NCBI GenBank assembly: GCA_965205865.1
Contig: CBDBHR010000027.1
Location: 32,001 to 96,000, forward strand
Direction: 5' to 3'
Origin: a bacterium
GTDB lineage: Bacteria; SAR324; NAC60-12
DNA: 64,000 nucleotides
Shown here piece by piece: positions 53,358 to 63,007 of this stretch (its first letter is position 1; each line of letters opens with the position of its first letter). A model generated the notes under the pieces. The model had not been told where the DNA came from. It worked only from the letters and a program-made list of their open reading frames with translations, and did not search any database. Both the position numbers and the translations under genes were made by a program.

Positions 53358-53663
53358 ATGGCCAAAGTAGAAATATTCCGTATCGGAACGGATATCCCGG
53401 GCGATGACCTCAAATATGTGTCCTTCAATTCCAGTCAATCGCTCCTGGAGTTTGTTGCAATCCAAGATGCGTTCGCAAGTAGGGTTGGTCTCCAGGTTGA
53501 GTTCATGCCACTCGCCGGAATGGGCATCCAAGTTCAGCTCAAATGTGACTTCGTTCGGACCGAAGGACCACTCCGCTTGAATACCTCCGCTTGTCATAGA
53601 TTCACGACGCTTTGGATGGCTCTCATCGCAATCCTGCTTGTGTTTTTTCAGGGTTTTTGTTAA
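53358..53663 (+). CDS. Hypothetical protein
   Basis: ATG 12 nt after the MFS stop on the same strand; no recognisable motif. Confidence 0.4.
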   Translation: MAKVEIFRIGTDIPGDDLKYVSFNSSQSLLEFVAIQDAFASRVGLQVEFMPLAGMGIQVQLKCDFVRTEGPLRLNTSACHRFTTLWMALIAILLVFFQGFC

Positions 53664-53914
53664 ATTCACAATACTCGAATGCTACTCAATAACTCAATTG
53701 TCAGAGATCCGATGAGAACCCATGGCACTTGTTATCCTGATAAAGAAACACCCTTTCCATCCGAGGACCTCCCGCGACGAGCTGGCTGAACAGCGCGAGC
53801 GCATGGCCAAGCTCGCAGGTTCGGTCGGAGGCTTCTTCGCCGGCCGCCGTGGCCTGCTTCCACGGCGCTGTTTGTCAACTGTCACGTCAAGTGTTTGAAA
53901 GAAAGAAGGAAACC

Positions 53915-54556
53915 ATGGGCTTCAATGTCGAAGGTCATCTCGGCGCCATAGAGCGCTCCCTGTCATCGCAGGAGCGGGATGGACAACCCGCTCGCGCGGT
54001 CACTCTTTCTCGCAGCTACGCGACGACGGTTGAGGACTTGTGGGACGCTGTAACGAACGGCGACCGTATTCCCCGCTGGTTTCTACCGGTCAGTGGCGAA
54101 CTCGAACTTGGCGGTCGCTATCAATTGGAAGACAACGCAGGTGGGGTGATCACGGCGTGCGAACGAGCATCGCATCTCTCGCTCACATGGGAGTTCGGCG
54201 AAGACTTGAGCTGGGTGGAGGTACGTTTCTCGGACGATGGAACCGGCCGCGCGCGCCTTACTCTCACGCACACAGCGCACCTTTCGGAACACTGGGGCGA
54301 GTACGGGCCGGGCGCGGTCGGCGTCGGCTGGGAGTTGGGTCTCTTGGGACTCGCGCTCCATCTAACGCAACCGACCGAGCCAAAGCCGGAGGAAACCGCT
54401 TTCGCCTCTTCACGGGACGGCAAGGCGTTCATCACGGGCAGCAGCGAGGGCTGGGGGCAAGCGGCGGTCGCGGTCGGAACGGACCCCGACGCCGCGCGTG
54501 CAGCGGCAAGGCGCACAACCATGTTCTACACTGGTGAATCAGCCGAGCCTGCCTGA
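53915..54556 (+). CDS. SRPBCC/AHSA1-like domain protein
   Basis: EDLWDAVT...RIPRWFLPVSGEL.LGGRYQL, YGPGAVGVGWE; AAGGA RBS; GC-rich. Confidence 0.9.
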   Translation: MGFNVEGHLGAIERSLSSQERDGQPARAVTLSRSYATTVEDLWDAVTNGDRIPRWFLPVSGELELGGRYQLEDNAGGVITACERASHLSLTWEFGEDLSWVEVRFSDDGTGRARLTLTHTAHLSEHWGEYGPGAVGVGWELGLLGLALHLTQPTEPKPEETAFASSRDGKAFITGSSEGWGQAAVAVGTDPDAARAAARRTTMFYTGESAEPA

Positions 54557-54646
54557 TACGTACATTCGTTGCGCCCTAGAGGCTCCTGAAGGCGATTGAC
54601 GAGATCGGATTCCAGTCAAACCCCAGTTCGAGGTTCTCCTTAATGA

Positions 54647-54862
54647 ACCTGAGTTCGACATAAATCTTCAATAATATGAGTATCCTAGTGTATATGTCAT
54701 CCTCGCGAAAGCGGGGATCCGGATTTCAGTCTGGCTGCATACCTCCGGATTCCTGCTCCCTGCTTTCGCAGGGACAAGCTTCGCAGGAATGACAAGCTTT
54801 CTCTAAGATATGAAGATTCCATAACATATTGAATTTATTAAATTCTTATCTCGAACTCGGGT
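54647..54862. mobile_element. 216-bp MITE (copy 2) with 6-bp target duplication TAATGA
   Basis: taatga|acctgagttcga ... tcgaactcgggt|taatga. Confidence 0.92.
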
Positions 54863-54890
54863 TAATGAGGTATCGTCGAGCCTCCCACCG

Positions 54891-55616
54891 TTATCTCAGA
54901 GTCCCGCCACGTAGAAACGCTTCTTTCTTTTCCAGATACAATGACTCCATCTTTTTATTTGCTTGCAACACCGTTGTCAGCTTTTTTTCCAGTTCAAGCA
55001 ATATACTCCCCGGGATCGAATAAAGAGATTGGGTATCCGGTATTTCAGTGAATGTTCTCATACCGGTACAACCGTTAGACAATGTCGATTGATTTTTCTT
55101 GAATGAAAAAGGGACAACTGCGCAACCCGGTCGTCCCAGGTTATTGGTTTGTGCCGCATTTATCCACGACGTATTCTCTGTAATCTCTTGCAACTGCATG
55201 ATTTGTTTAGCATTCAACCATAGAATAACGACTTCGGGCTCAAGAGGAAACAAGGACAAAGGCCCATAAACAATTCCTGCCATAGCATTTTCAAATTTGG
55301 GAATGAGGGGTACTTCTTCTTCTTTTAAGTAACCCACCTCGCACATTGTCGTCACTGTCCCCATTAAGTCTTGTTCTTGATCTTTTGATAGAGTGAATCC
55401 CATCACCATTGCTCCCACCGCGCATTGCATGTGCGCTTCCGCGCTGGCGTAAAAGACTCCTTTTTCAGCTTCTCTCCACATTGCGCAGGTTGAAGGTATT
55501 CGTCTTTCCAAATCAGGGATCTCTCGAGGACGACTATCAACTCTTTTGAGCGCAATTGGCGCTATATCTAAATTCAGTTCATCTTTCAGTATTCTTGAAA
55601 GGATATTGTAACTCAT
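54891..55616 (-). CDS. DUF169-like protein
   Basis: PIALK, C..W..A, H..C.VGA..MG, YGPL..FP..P.VV, GCTGMR.FT. Confidence 0.8.
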   Translation of the reverse strand: MSYNILSRILKDELNLDIAPIALKRVDSRPREIPDLERRIPSTCAMWREAEKGVFYASAEAHMQCAVGAMVMGFTLSKDQEQDLMGTVTTMCEVGYLKEEEVPLIPKFENAMAGIVYGPLSLFPLEPEVVILWLNAKQIMQLQEITENTSWINAAQTNNLGRPGCAVVPFSFKKNQSTLSNGCTGMRTFTEIPDTQSLYSIPGSILLELEKKLTTVLQANKKMESLYLEKKEAFLRGGTLR

Positions 55617-56320
55617 AATTTTTCTCCAAATAGTTTAAAAGCCGTTTGGTAAAAAAATTGCTTGTTTACTAAATTTCCACTGCCATGGTCAAAGTTACCT
55701 TAGCGCACCGGCGAATTCTCCACCGCAGCCCGGTCAATGCCTCACAGGAAAATCAAAATTCAGGTGAGATGTTAGCAACTAAAGATATCAGTGTAAAGGA
55801 AAATACAAGAAGGACACGACCGCTTCCCCATTTACAGCCACAAGGCACTTGATTAAAATTCGGATTCGTAAAATCCGTTTATTGGGTTCAAAAGGCGACA
55901 GGCGTACCGGATTATAAGCGGACGACGAAAATAACCTCAGCCAAGCGTGTTATATAAACAAACGTATTCCAAGAGACAGAGTAGGATTTCCGGGAGCTCA
56001 GGAGGGAAAAAGATGCTGAGACGGACTTGACCCTGAGCCGAAAGGACTATATACGTGAACATCACCGTTTACGGCATGCTCGAGAACGGTCTGTCGAGAG
56101 CGTGAATCACAGAGGCGACCGAAGAAAAACGACATGAATGTCTTCAGCATACAGCCAAATGGCGCATTCAACGAATATGTCCGGACGCCCTTCCAAATAG
56201 ATCATAAAGAAACAGGCACGCTGCCTGACTCGATGAATTTTCCCCGGGCAGCAGTTCTCGCGCATTCCATTGAGCCATAGATGGAAACAGATATCACTGA
56301 CATCATCAGGAGAGACAGGT

Positions 56321-57892
56321 ATGGAAATCCCATTGACTCCCATGGAGTTTGCGCGACGGGCGCGCAGATTGTATTCTGACCGTGAAGCTGTCGTCGATGG
56401 AGAGCTACGACTTACATACGCGCAATTCTTCGAGCGGTGTGACCGTTGGTCATCGGCTTTGCAAGGGCTCGGCATCCAACAGGGGGAGCGGGTGGCCTAT
56501 ATTGCGCCGAACACCCATTCCCAACTCGAGTCATTCTACGCCGTACCACAGATAGGAGCGGTTCTCGTGCCGATCAATTATCGACTGACTGCCGATGACT
56601 TCGCCTTCATTATCAATCACAGCGGGGCGCGCATTGTCTGCGCCCACAGTGATTATCTCGATATGGTGACCGGCATTCGCGATCAATTGCCGACTGTCGA
56701 ACATTTTGTCGCTTTGGAAGCTTCGCGGGAGGGCTGGCTGGATTATGAAACCACGCTTGCCGCCGCCACTGACGACTTCGCGCGTCCGCATATCGAGGAA
56801 AACGACCTCATCACCATCAACTACACCAGCGGTACCACGGCGCGTCCCAAAGGGGTGATGGTGACCCATCGCAATGCTTATATGAACGTGGTGGGCACGC
56901 TCGCGCATCACCCGCTCACCCTGGAAGATCGTTACCTGTGGACGCTGCCCATGTTCCATGCCAATGGTTGGACCTTTGTATGGATCGTAATCGCGCGTGG
57001 CGCCGCGAATATTTGTTTGCGCAAAGTGGAGCCGGGCGCCATTTTTGAGCTGATGGAACGCGAAAACGTCAATATGTTCTGCGCGGCGCCAACCGTGCTC
57101 ATTGGGATCGCCAATGCTCCTGAAGAACTGCGCCGCGCAACGCGGCGAAAAGTGCGTTTGTTTACGGCAGGCGCGCCACCCGCCGCTGCTACCATCGAAC
57201 GCATCGAGGGTGAATTGGGTTGGCAATTGACGCATGCGTATGGGCTCACGGAGACGGCGCCGTTCATCACGATTTGTGAAGAACGTCCCGAACACGCGAA
57301 ACTCTCACCGCAAGAACGGGCAGTCGTCAAAGCGCGACAAGGGGTGGAACTTCTCACCTCAGGCGAACTGATCGTCATGGATGAAGAAGGAAAAGAAGTG
57401 CCCCATGATGGAAAAACGATGGGCGAGATCACCGTCCGTGGCAACGTCGTCATGAAGGGTTACTTCGATGACCCCGAAGCAACTGCTGCGGCGATACGTG
57501 ATGGCTGGTTCCATTCCGGGGATGTCGCCGTCGTTCATGCGGATGGCTACGTCGAGATTCGCGACCGGATCAAGGACGTCATCATCAGTGGTGGTGAGAA
57601 CATCTCCTCAGTGGAAGTGGAAGGCCTGCTCTTACGCCACCCTGCTGTCCAGGAAGTGGCCATTGTGGGCATTCCGCATGAGAAATGGGGGGAAGCGCCC
57701 CATGCTTTCGTCCTGCTCCGTGCAGGTACGACAGCGAGCGAAGACGAACTGAAACAGTTTGTGCGCGAGCGCCTCGCGCATTTCAAAACGCCGCAACGGA
57801 TTTCGTTTGTCGAAGAGTTGCCCAAGACGGCAACGGGGAAAGTCCAAAAATATGTCTTGCGTGGCAAACGCGCTGCCATTGCCAGGCAGTAG
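56321..57892 (+). CDS. Acyl-CoA synthetase (AMP-binding family)
   Basis: YTSGTTARPKG, YGLTET, WFHSGD, DRIKDVIISGGENISS.EVE, PKTATGK; AGGAG upstream. Confidence 0.95.
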   Translation: MEIPLTPMEFARRARRLYSDREAVVDGELRLTYAQFFERCDRWSSALQGLGIQQGERVAYIAPNTHSQLESFYAVPQIGAVLVPINYRLTADDFAFIINHSGARIVCAHSDYLDMVTGIRDQLPTVEHFVALEASREGWLDYETTLAAATDDFARPHIEENDLITINYTSGTTARPKGVMVTHRNAYMNVVGTLAHHPLTLEDRYLWTLPMFHANGWTFVWIVIARGAANICLRKVEPGAIFELMERENVNMFCAAPTVLIGIANAPEELRRATRRKVRLFTAGAPPAAATIERIEGELGWQLTHAYGLTETAPFITICEERPEHAKLSPQERAVVKARQGVELLTSGELIVMDEEGKEVPHDGKTMGEITVRGNVVMKGYFDDPEATAAAIRDGWFHSGDVAVVHADGYVEIRDRIKDVIISGGENISSVEVEGLLLRHPAVQEVAIVGIPHEKWGEAPHAFVLLRAGTTASEDELKQFVRERLAHFKTPQRISFVEELPKTATGKVQKYVLRGKRAAIARQ

Positions 57893-58042
57893 ATAGTCCA
57901 TGAATTCATGCCGGTCCACATCGTCTGCTCCATCGCGGAAGCTTTCAAGACTCGGCTTTGCGCAGTTCTCCGCATTTTATCTCCCCCTCGATGTGAGGGA
58001 ACCGGGGGAGGTTGTTTTCGACGAATTTCCCGCTCCCGGTGA

Positions 58043-58262
58043 CCCCCTCCCCTGGCCCCTCCCTCTGGAATGATAAAGGGGAGGGGAATTCTTTTGGGAT
58101 TGCAAGAGACTGGAATGATAAAGGGGAGGGGAATTCTTTTGGGATTGCAAGAGACTGGAATGATAAAGGGGAGGGGAATTCTTTTGGGATTGCAAGAGAC
58201 TGGAATGATAAAGGGGAGGGGAATTCTTTTGGGATTGCAAGTGATTGGAATGATGAAGGAAA
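58043..58262. repeat. G/C palindromic element followed by 4+ copies of a 45-bp tandem repeat
   Basis: ccccctcccctggcccctccct, then ctggaatgataaaggggaggggaattcttttgggattgcaagaga at 58065, 58110, 58155, 58200, partial at 58245. Confidence 0.95.
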
Positions 58263-58287
58263 GAGGATTGCTACCGCAGTGTTTGGA

Positions 58288-59148
58288 TCAGTCAGGCGTG
58301 ATGCCTCTCAGTCGTTCATTCCGGTGACGAAGCCATTCCAGGGTGACCAGGAGAATAATGGAAAAGAAGATCAGCATGGTCGCGACGGCTAAAATGGTGG
58401 GGCTGATCTGTTCCCGGATCCCGGAGAACATCTGCCAGGGAATGGTGCGCTGTCTGAAACTTCCGACAAAGAGCACCACGACCACTTCATCAAAGGAGGT
58501 GATGAACGCAAAGAGCGTTCCGGAGATGATCCCGGGGGCGATCAAAGGGACGGTGATCTTAAGGAAAGCGCGAAGGGGTGAGGCTCCCAGACTGGCTGCG
58601 GCACGAATCAAAGTAGAATCGAATCCTACCAGCGTCGCGGTCACCACGATCACCACGAAAGGTGTAGAGAGGACCGCATGCGCTAAAATGACTCCGACGT
58701 GCGTGCCCTGCAAATGGATTCGAGAGTAGAAAAAGAACATCCCTGCTGCAGTGATGATCAGTGGAACAATCATCGGTGAGATCAAAATCCCCATCACCAG
58801 CGTACGGAAGGGAAATCGGGGATGACTCAACCCCAAAGCGGCAAGCGTTCCCAACACCGTGGCGATCAGGGTGGAAAAGAGAGCAATGATAAAACTGTTT
58901 TTAACCGATCCCAGCCAGTTCGGGTTTGTAAAGAAATCCTCATACCAGCGTAGCGAATACCCTTGCGGATCCAGAGTCAACATCTCTGACGTGAACGAAA
59001 AATATGGGATCGCATTGAAGGACAGCGGCACAATGACGAAAATCGGGAAAATCAGGAATAATAAAATACACGCGCAAAACAGGCGGAAGAGATAATACCA
59101 GATTCTTTCACTCAAGCTGAGATAACCAGGAAATCCCGACATGATCAA
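58288..59148 (-). CDS. Polyamine ABC permease (PotC-like)
   Basis: YSLRWY, ISPMIVP.II, AAASLGA, FITSFDEVVV. Confidence 0.92.
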   Translation of the reverse strand: MIMSGFPGYLSLSERIWYYLFRLFCACILLFLIFPIFVIVPLSFNAIPYFSFTSEMLTLDPQGYSLRWYEDFFTNPNWLGSVKNSFIIALFSTLIATVLGTLAALGLSHPRFPFRTLVMGILISPMIVPLIITAAGMFFFYSRIHLQGTHVGVILAHAVLSTPFVVIVVTATLVGFDSTLIRAAASLGASPLRAFLKITVPLIAPGIISGTLFAFITSFDEVVVVLFVGSFRQRTIPWQMFSGIREQISPTILAVATMLIFFSIILLVTLEWLRHRNERLRGITPD

Positions 59149-60491
59149 CCCAATTTGATGTTGGCAATGCCTACGACTTTATCGTAAAGCAAATAAAGCG
59201 CTAGTATCAACAACAGCAGAATCGTCCCCAGGGCGGCCGCCAGACCCCAATTCAGGGAAGTCGAAATGTGATAGGCGATCAAATTGCTGATAAAGGTGCC
59301 ACCGGTCCCCCCTACCAGGGCAGGCGTGATATAATAGCCGATGGCAAGAATGAACACCAGAAGCCCGCCTGCGCCGATTCCGGGAACCGTGTTGGGCAGA
59401 TATATTCTGCGAAATGCCGTGAATGGCGTTGCGCCCAGAGAACTAGCGGCACGCATATAATCGGGGGGAATGGTTTTCATGACGCTGAAAAGGGGTAAAA
59501 CCATGAAGGGAAGCAGGATGTGGGTCATGGCAATCACGGTACCGGTGGCGTTATAGATCATCGAAAGCCTGTTTGCATCGTCAAGGATATTGAGAGCGAC
59601 CAGAAAATCATTGATGACCCCTTCTTTTTGCAACAAGGCAATCCAGGCGCTGGTGCGAACCAGCAGGGAGGTCCAGAAAGGCAGGAGCACCAGGATCATC
59701 AGCAAGTTGCTGATTCGGGTCGGCAAGGACGCCAGCAAAAAAGCAAGAGGGTATCCCAGCAGGAGGGTCATCACGGTAATCAACAAACTGAGTAGGAGCG
59801 TCTTGCCGAACAACTCGACATAGATCCGTTCCGTCTCGGGTTTCGGAACGATCTGGCCTCTGTTATTATTCTCGACGTCGAAAGCGGCCAGATAATAAGA
59901 AGCGGTATGGATTCCGCTTTCGCGTTTCAACACCTGCCAGAATTTGATCTGCTCCCACCGTTTGTCGATCCTTACCATTTCCTCACGAAACGAAGTGACC
60001 TCGTCGAATTCGAGATTCTTTACGCTGCGAGCGCTTTTTCTGAACAAACTGGAGAACCCGGCGTGCTCGTAATTGAGTCGTTTGCCGGCCCGGTTGATGG
60101 TTTTTGTTTCCGCCCCTTGACGGATATCGGTTGCCAGAGCGGCGAATACAATTTCATTGGGGAGTTCACCGCTCCGTTCATCCCAGTCCGCAAGCCGTTG
60201 CACGGTTCGGGGAAGCTCTGAGGGAATGATTTCATTATTGACGCTGCGCAACAGCATATCACTGATGGGGAGCAGAAAGGTGAGCACGATGAAAAGGAAA
60301 AGGGGAGCCACCAACGACAAGGCCACCATTTTCTGGCGGCGCAACGTGCGCCGCAAACTGATCTTCAATGGCACCCCGTCGGCGGTAGTCAACGGAATCC
60401 CCCTCCCCTGGAGGGAGGGTCCGGGGGAGGGGGAAATGGGGAATTTCGAATCATTTCGAGTCATATTGCCGGCGACCTTCTCGTTGCTCAA
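59145..60491 (-). CDS. Polyamine ABC permease (PotB-like)
   Basis: LLPFWTSLLVRT, HILLPFMVLP, LAIGYYITPALVGG. Confidence 0.92.
   Translation of the reverse strand: MSNEKVAGNMTRNDSKFPISPSPGPSLQGRGIPLTTADGVPLKISLRRTLRRQKMVALSLVAPLFLFIVLTFLLPISDMLLRSVNNEIIPSELPRTVQRLADWDERSGELPNEIVFAALATDIRQGAETKTINRAGKRLNYEHAGFSSLFRKSARSVKNLEFDEVTSFREEMVRIDKRWEQIKFWQVLKRESGIHTASYYLAAFDVENNNRGQIVPKPETERIYVELFGKTLLLSLLITVMTLLLGYPLAFLLASLPTRISNLLMILVLLPFWTSLLVRTSAWIALLQKEGVINDFLVALNILDDANRLSMIYNATGTVIAMTHILLPFMVLPLFSVMKTIPPDYMRAASSLGATPFTAFRRIYLPNTVPGIGAGGLLVFILAIGYYITPALVGGTGGTFISNLIAYHISTSLNWGLAAALGTILLLLILALYLLYDKVVGIANIKLG
60399..60433. repeat. G/C palindromic element in the 5' end of the PotB-like gene
   Basis: ccccctcccctggagggagggtccgggggaggggg; encodes SPSPGPSLQGRG. 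Confidence 0.85.
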
Positions 60492-60494
60492 CGA

Positions 60495-61589
60495 TTACTC
60501 TGCCAGCCAGGCTTGGAAGCGTTCGTTCATATCATCCCGATTATCCGCCCACCATTCATAGTTGAACAGCAAAGTATTTTTGGAATTTGCAGGAGCGGTC
60601 GGCATGTGCGGTGCCATATCGATACCTAATTCTGCATGCTTGCCGATCAAAGGTGCGGAAGACGCGCGGGCCGGACCATAGGATATATACTTGGCCTGAT
60701 CCGCCAGACGTTGCGTGTCGGTTGCGAATTTGACGAACTTCAAGACTTCCTCCTTGTTTTTCGTTCCTTTGGGAACAACCCAGCCGTCCAGATCGAAGAC
60801 CTGCCAATCCCACATCATGCCAATGGGTTGTTTTTCTGTTTCGATCGCATCGAATAAACGGCCATTGAATGCGGAAGCGATCACCACTTCGCCGTCCGCC
60901 AGCAATTGAACCGGTTGTGATCCTTGGGTCCACCAGACCACTTCGGACTTGATCGTGTCCAGTTTGCGGAAAGCCCGTTCGACGCCTTCGGAGGTACTCA
61001 GGACCTCGTAGACTTGATCCACCGGGACGCCATCGGCCAGCAAGGCCCACTCCAGATTGCCGATCGGTCTTTTCTCCAGGGAGCGTTTGCCGGGGATTTT
61101 TTCCAGATCGAAGACGTCGTTGATGGTGGTCGGCGCCGTCTCGACTTTGTCCGTACGATAACCAAAGGTCGTCGAATAAACGATCTGCGGGATAAAACAA
61201 GGACTGACGATCATTTCCCCGAAATCCTGCGACGCCGGGGTACCATCCGGGGCAGCGGCCAATTGCGCGTCATGGTCGATTTCTTCGACGACGCCCTCAT
61301 CGCAGAGGGAAATGGTATCCGCTGCCGTCGAGTCGAGCAGATCCCAGGTGACGTTTCCGGCTTCGACCTGAGCGCGCAGCTTGGCTGCGCCTTCCGCGGC
61401 AGAATCGTCATTGACGATCTTGATCTCCGGGTTTGCTTGCATGTAGGGATCATGATAAGCCTTCTGTTGACTGGCACTATATGCGCCTCCCCAGGAGACG
61501 ATGACCAACGTTGTTTCTGCCGACGCGATTCCGCTCCACCAGGTCAGTGCCGTGATGATAAACATGGTTCGTTTTAAATATTTTTTCAT
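60495..61589 (-). CDS. Polyamine ABC substrate-binding protein (PotD/PotF-like)
   Basis: Signal peptide, VSWGGAY..SQ, AQVEAGNVTWD, QLLADGEV, ERFQAWL. Confidence 0.92.
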   Translation of the reverse strand: MKKYLKRTMFIITALTWWSGIASAETTLVIVSWGGAYSASQQKAYHDPYMQANPEIKIVNDDSAAEGAAKLRAQVEAGNVTWDLLDSTAADTISLCDEGVVEEIDHDAQLAAAPDGTPASQDFGEMIVSPCFIPQIVYSTTFGYRTDKVETAPTTINDVFDLEKIPGKRSLEKRPIGNLEWALLADGVPVDQVYEVLSTSEGVERAFRKLDTIKSEVVWWTQGSQPVQLLADGEVVIASAFNGRLFDAIETEKQPIGMMWDWQVFDLDGWVVPKGTKNKEEVLKFVKFATDTQRLADQAKYISYGPARASSAPLIGKHAELGIDMAPHMPTAPANSKNTLLFNYEWWADNRDDMNERFQAWLAE

Positions 61590-61693
61590 CTCTACTCCTT
61601 TATTTTTTATTGACGTATGCATTGAAAATTCATTTTACGAAATGCAGCGGCGTCCCTTGCGGGAGTCTTTCTGCAAGTTGCTCATGAATCGAA

Positions 61694-62791
61694 TCAATCG
61701 GAGGGATCCAGGGCGCGACAATCCTCCACGTGCCACCCGATTCTGATGCTTTCTCCGCTTTGCGGCCGGGCGCGAGTGGAAGAATTGGGAATTTTTACGA
61801 TAAAGTCATCGTATCCGCAAACCCTGATACGAGTGCGGATATGATCCCCCTGGTAGACCAGTTCTTCTACCGTGGCATCAAAGATATTGGCAAGACTCCC
61901 GCATTCCGGACCGACTATCACCCGTTCCGGTCGCAACGAGAGGGTCGCGCGTTTGCCCACTCCGTCGATATTGATCGTTTTGGCCTTCACCACGCCCTGC
62001 CCCCCATCTATTTCGACCCAACACTGGTCAGCATCCGTTTTCCGCACCGTACCCGAAAGACGATTGTTTTCACCAATGAAATTGGCGACAAAAGCGTTTT
62101 CGGGACGCTCATAGAGGACTTCCGGGGAGGCTAATTGCTGGACAACCCCTGCGTCGAATACCGCGACTCGATTCGACAGTGTCAGCGCCTCACTCTGGTC
62201 ATGCGTCACATAAACGACGGTTATGCCCAGGCTGTCGTGGATGTGTTTGATCTCATATTGCATCTGCTCTCGCAAGTTCTTATCCAGAGCTCCCAATGGT
62301 TCGTCCATCAAGACGAGTTCGGGATCGAATACCAGGGCTCGCGCCACGGCGATCCGTTGTTTCTGACCCCCGGAAAGCTGTCCCGGCCGTCGGTCCCCGA
62401 AACCTGCAAGCCTTACCATCTCGAGCGCGCGATTGATCCGTTGCTCCCGTTCAGGCTTGGGTATCTTGCGGACTTCCAGGGGAAATGCCAGATTCTCGGC
62501 AACCGTCATGTGAGGAAAAAGAGCATAATTTTGAAAGACCATCCCCATACTACGTTTATGCGGGGGAATGTGGTTGATGAGCCGCTCCGCCAGATAGATT
62601 TCGCCATGAGTTGCCGGTTCGAAACCGGCAAGCATCATCAGGCAGGTGGTTTTCCCCGACCCGGAGGGTCCGAGCATGGTGAGAAATTCACCACGCGCGA
62701 CGTCCATATTGAGGCTTTTGATAACGAGAGACTCGCCGTCATAGCTTTTTTGCACGTCTACAAATCGCACCAGGGGGTTACTTCCACTCAT
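61694..62791 (-). CDS. Polyamine ABC ATP-binding protein (PotA-like)
   Basis: GPSGSGKTT, VFQNYALFPHM, LSGGQKQR, LMDEPLGALD. Confidence 0.94.
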   Translation of the reverse strand: MSGSNPLVRFVDVQKSYDGESLVIKSLNMDVARGEFLTMLGPSGSGKTTCLMMLAGFEPATHGEIYLAERLINHIPPHKRSMGMVFQNYALFPHMTVAENLAFPLEVRKIPKPEREQRINRALEMVRLAGFGDRRPGQLSGGQKQRIAVARALVFDPELVLMDEPLGALDKNLREQMQYEIKHIHDSLGITVVYVTHDQSEALTLSNRVAVFDAGVVQQLASPEVLYERPENAFVANFIGENNRLSGTVRKTDADQCWVEIDGGQGVVKAKTINIDGVGKRATLSLRPERVIVGPECGSLANIFDATVEELVYQGDHIRTRIRVCGYDDFIVKIPNSSTRARPQSGESIRIGWHVEDCRALDPSD

Positions 62792-63007
62792 AATGATCGA
62801 CGAAATCCGGTTGAATGCGCCATCTAGTCAACGACAATGTTCCGCCTTGACTGCTACTTGGCGATTATTTTGTAAAAAGTAACAATAATTTCCAGTAGAA
62901 TACAAATATTATCAAAAAAGAAACGTGAATACAATAACAATTCCGTTGCTAAGAGACTTCCGAGAGCAACTCGTAGTGCGGAGATTTCATCTTGCAAAGG
63001 AGAAAAA

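Noticed and set aside
58065-58262. Possible CRISPR array
   Set aside because: The units are contiguous near-identical 45-mers with no unique spacers, and there are no cas genes in the window.
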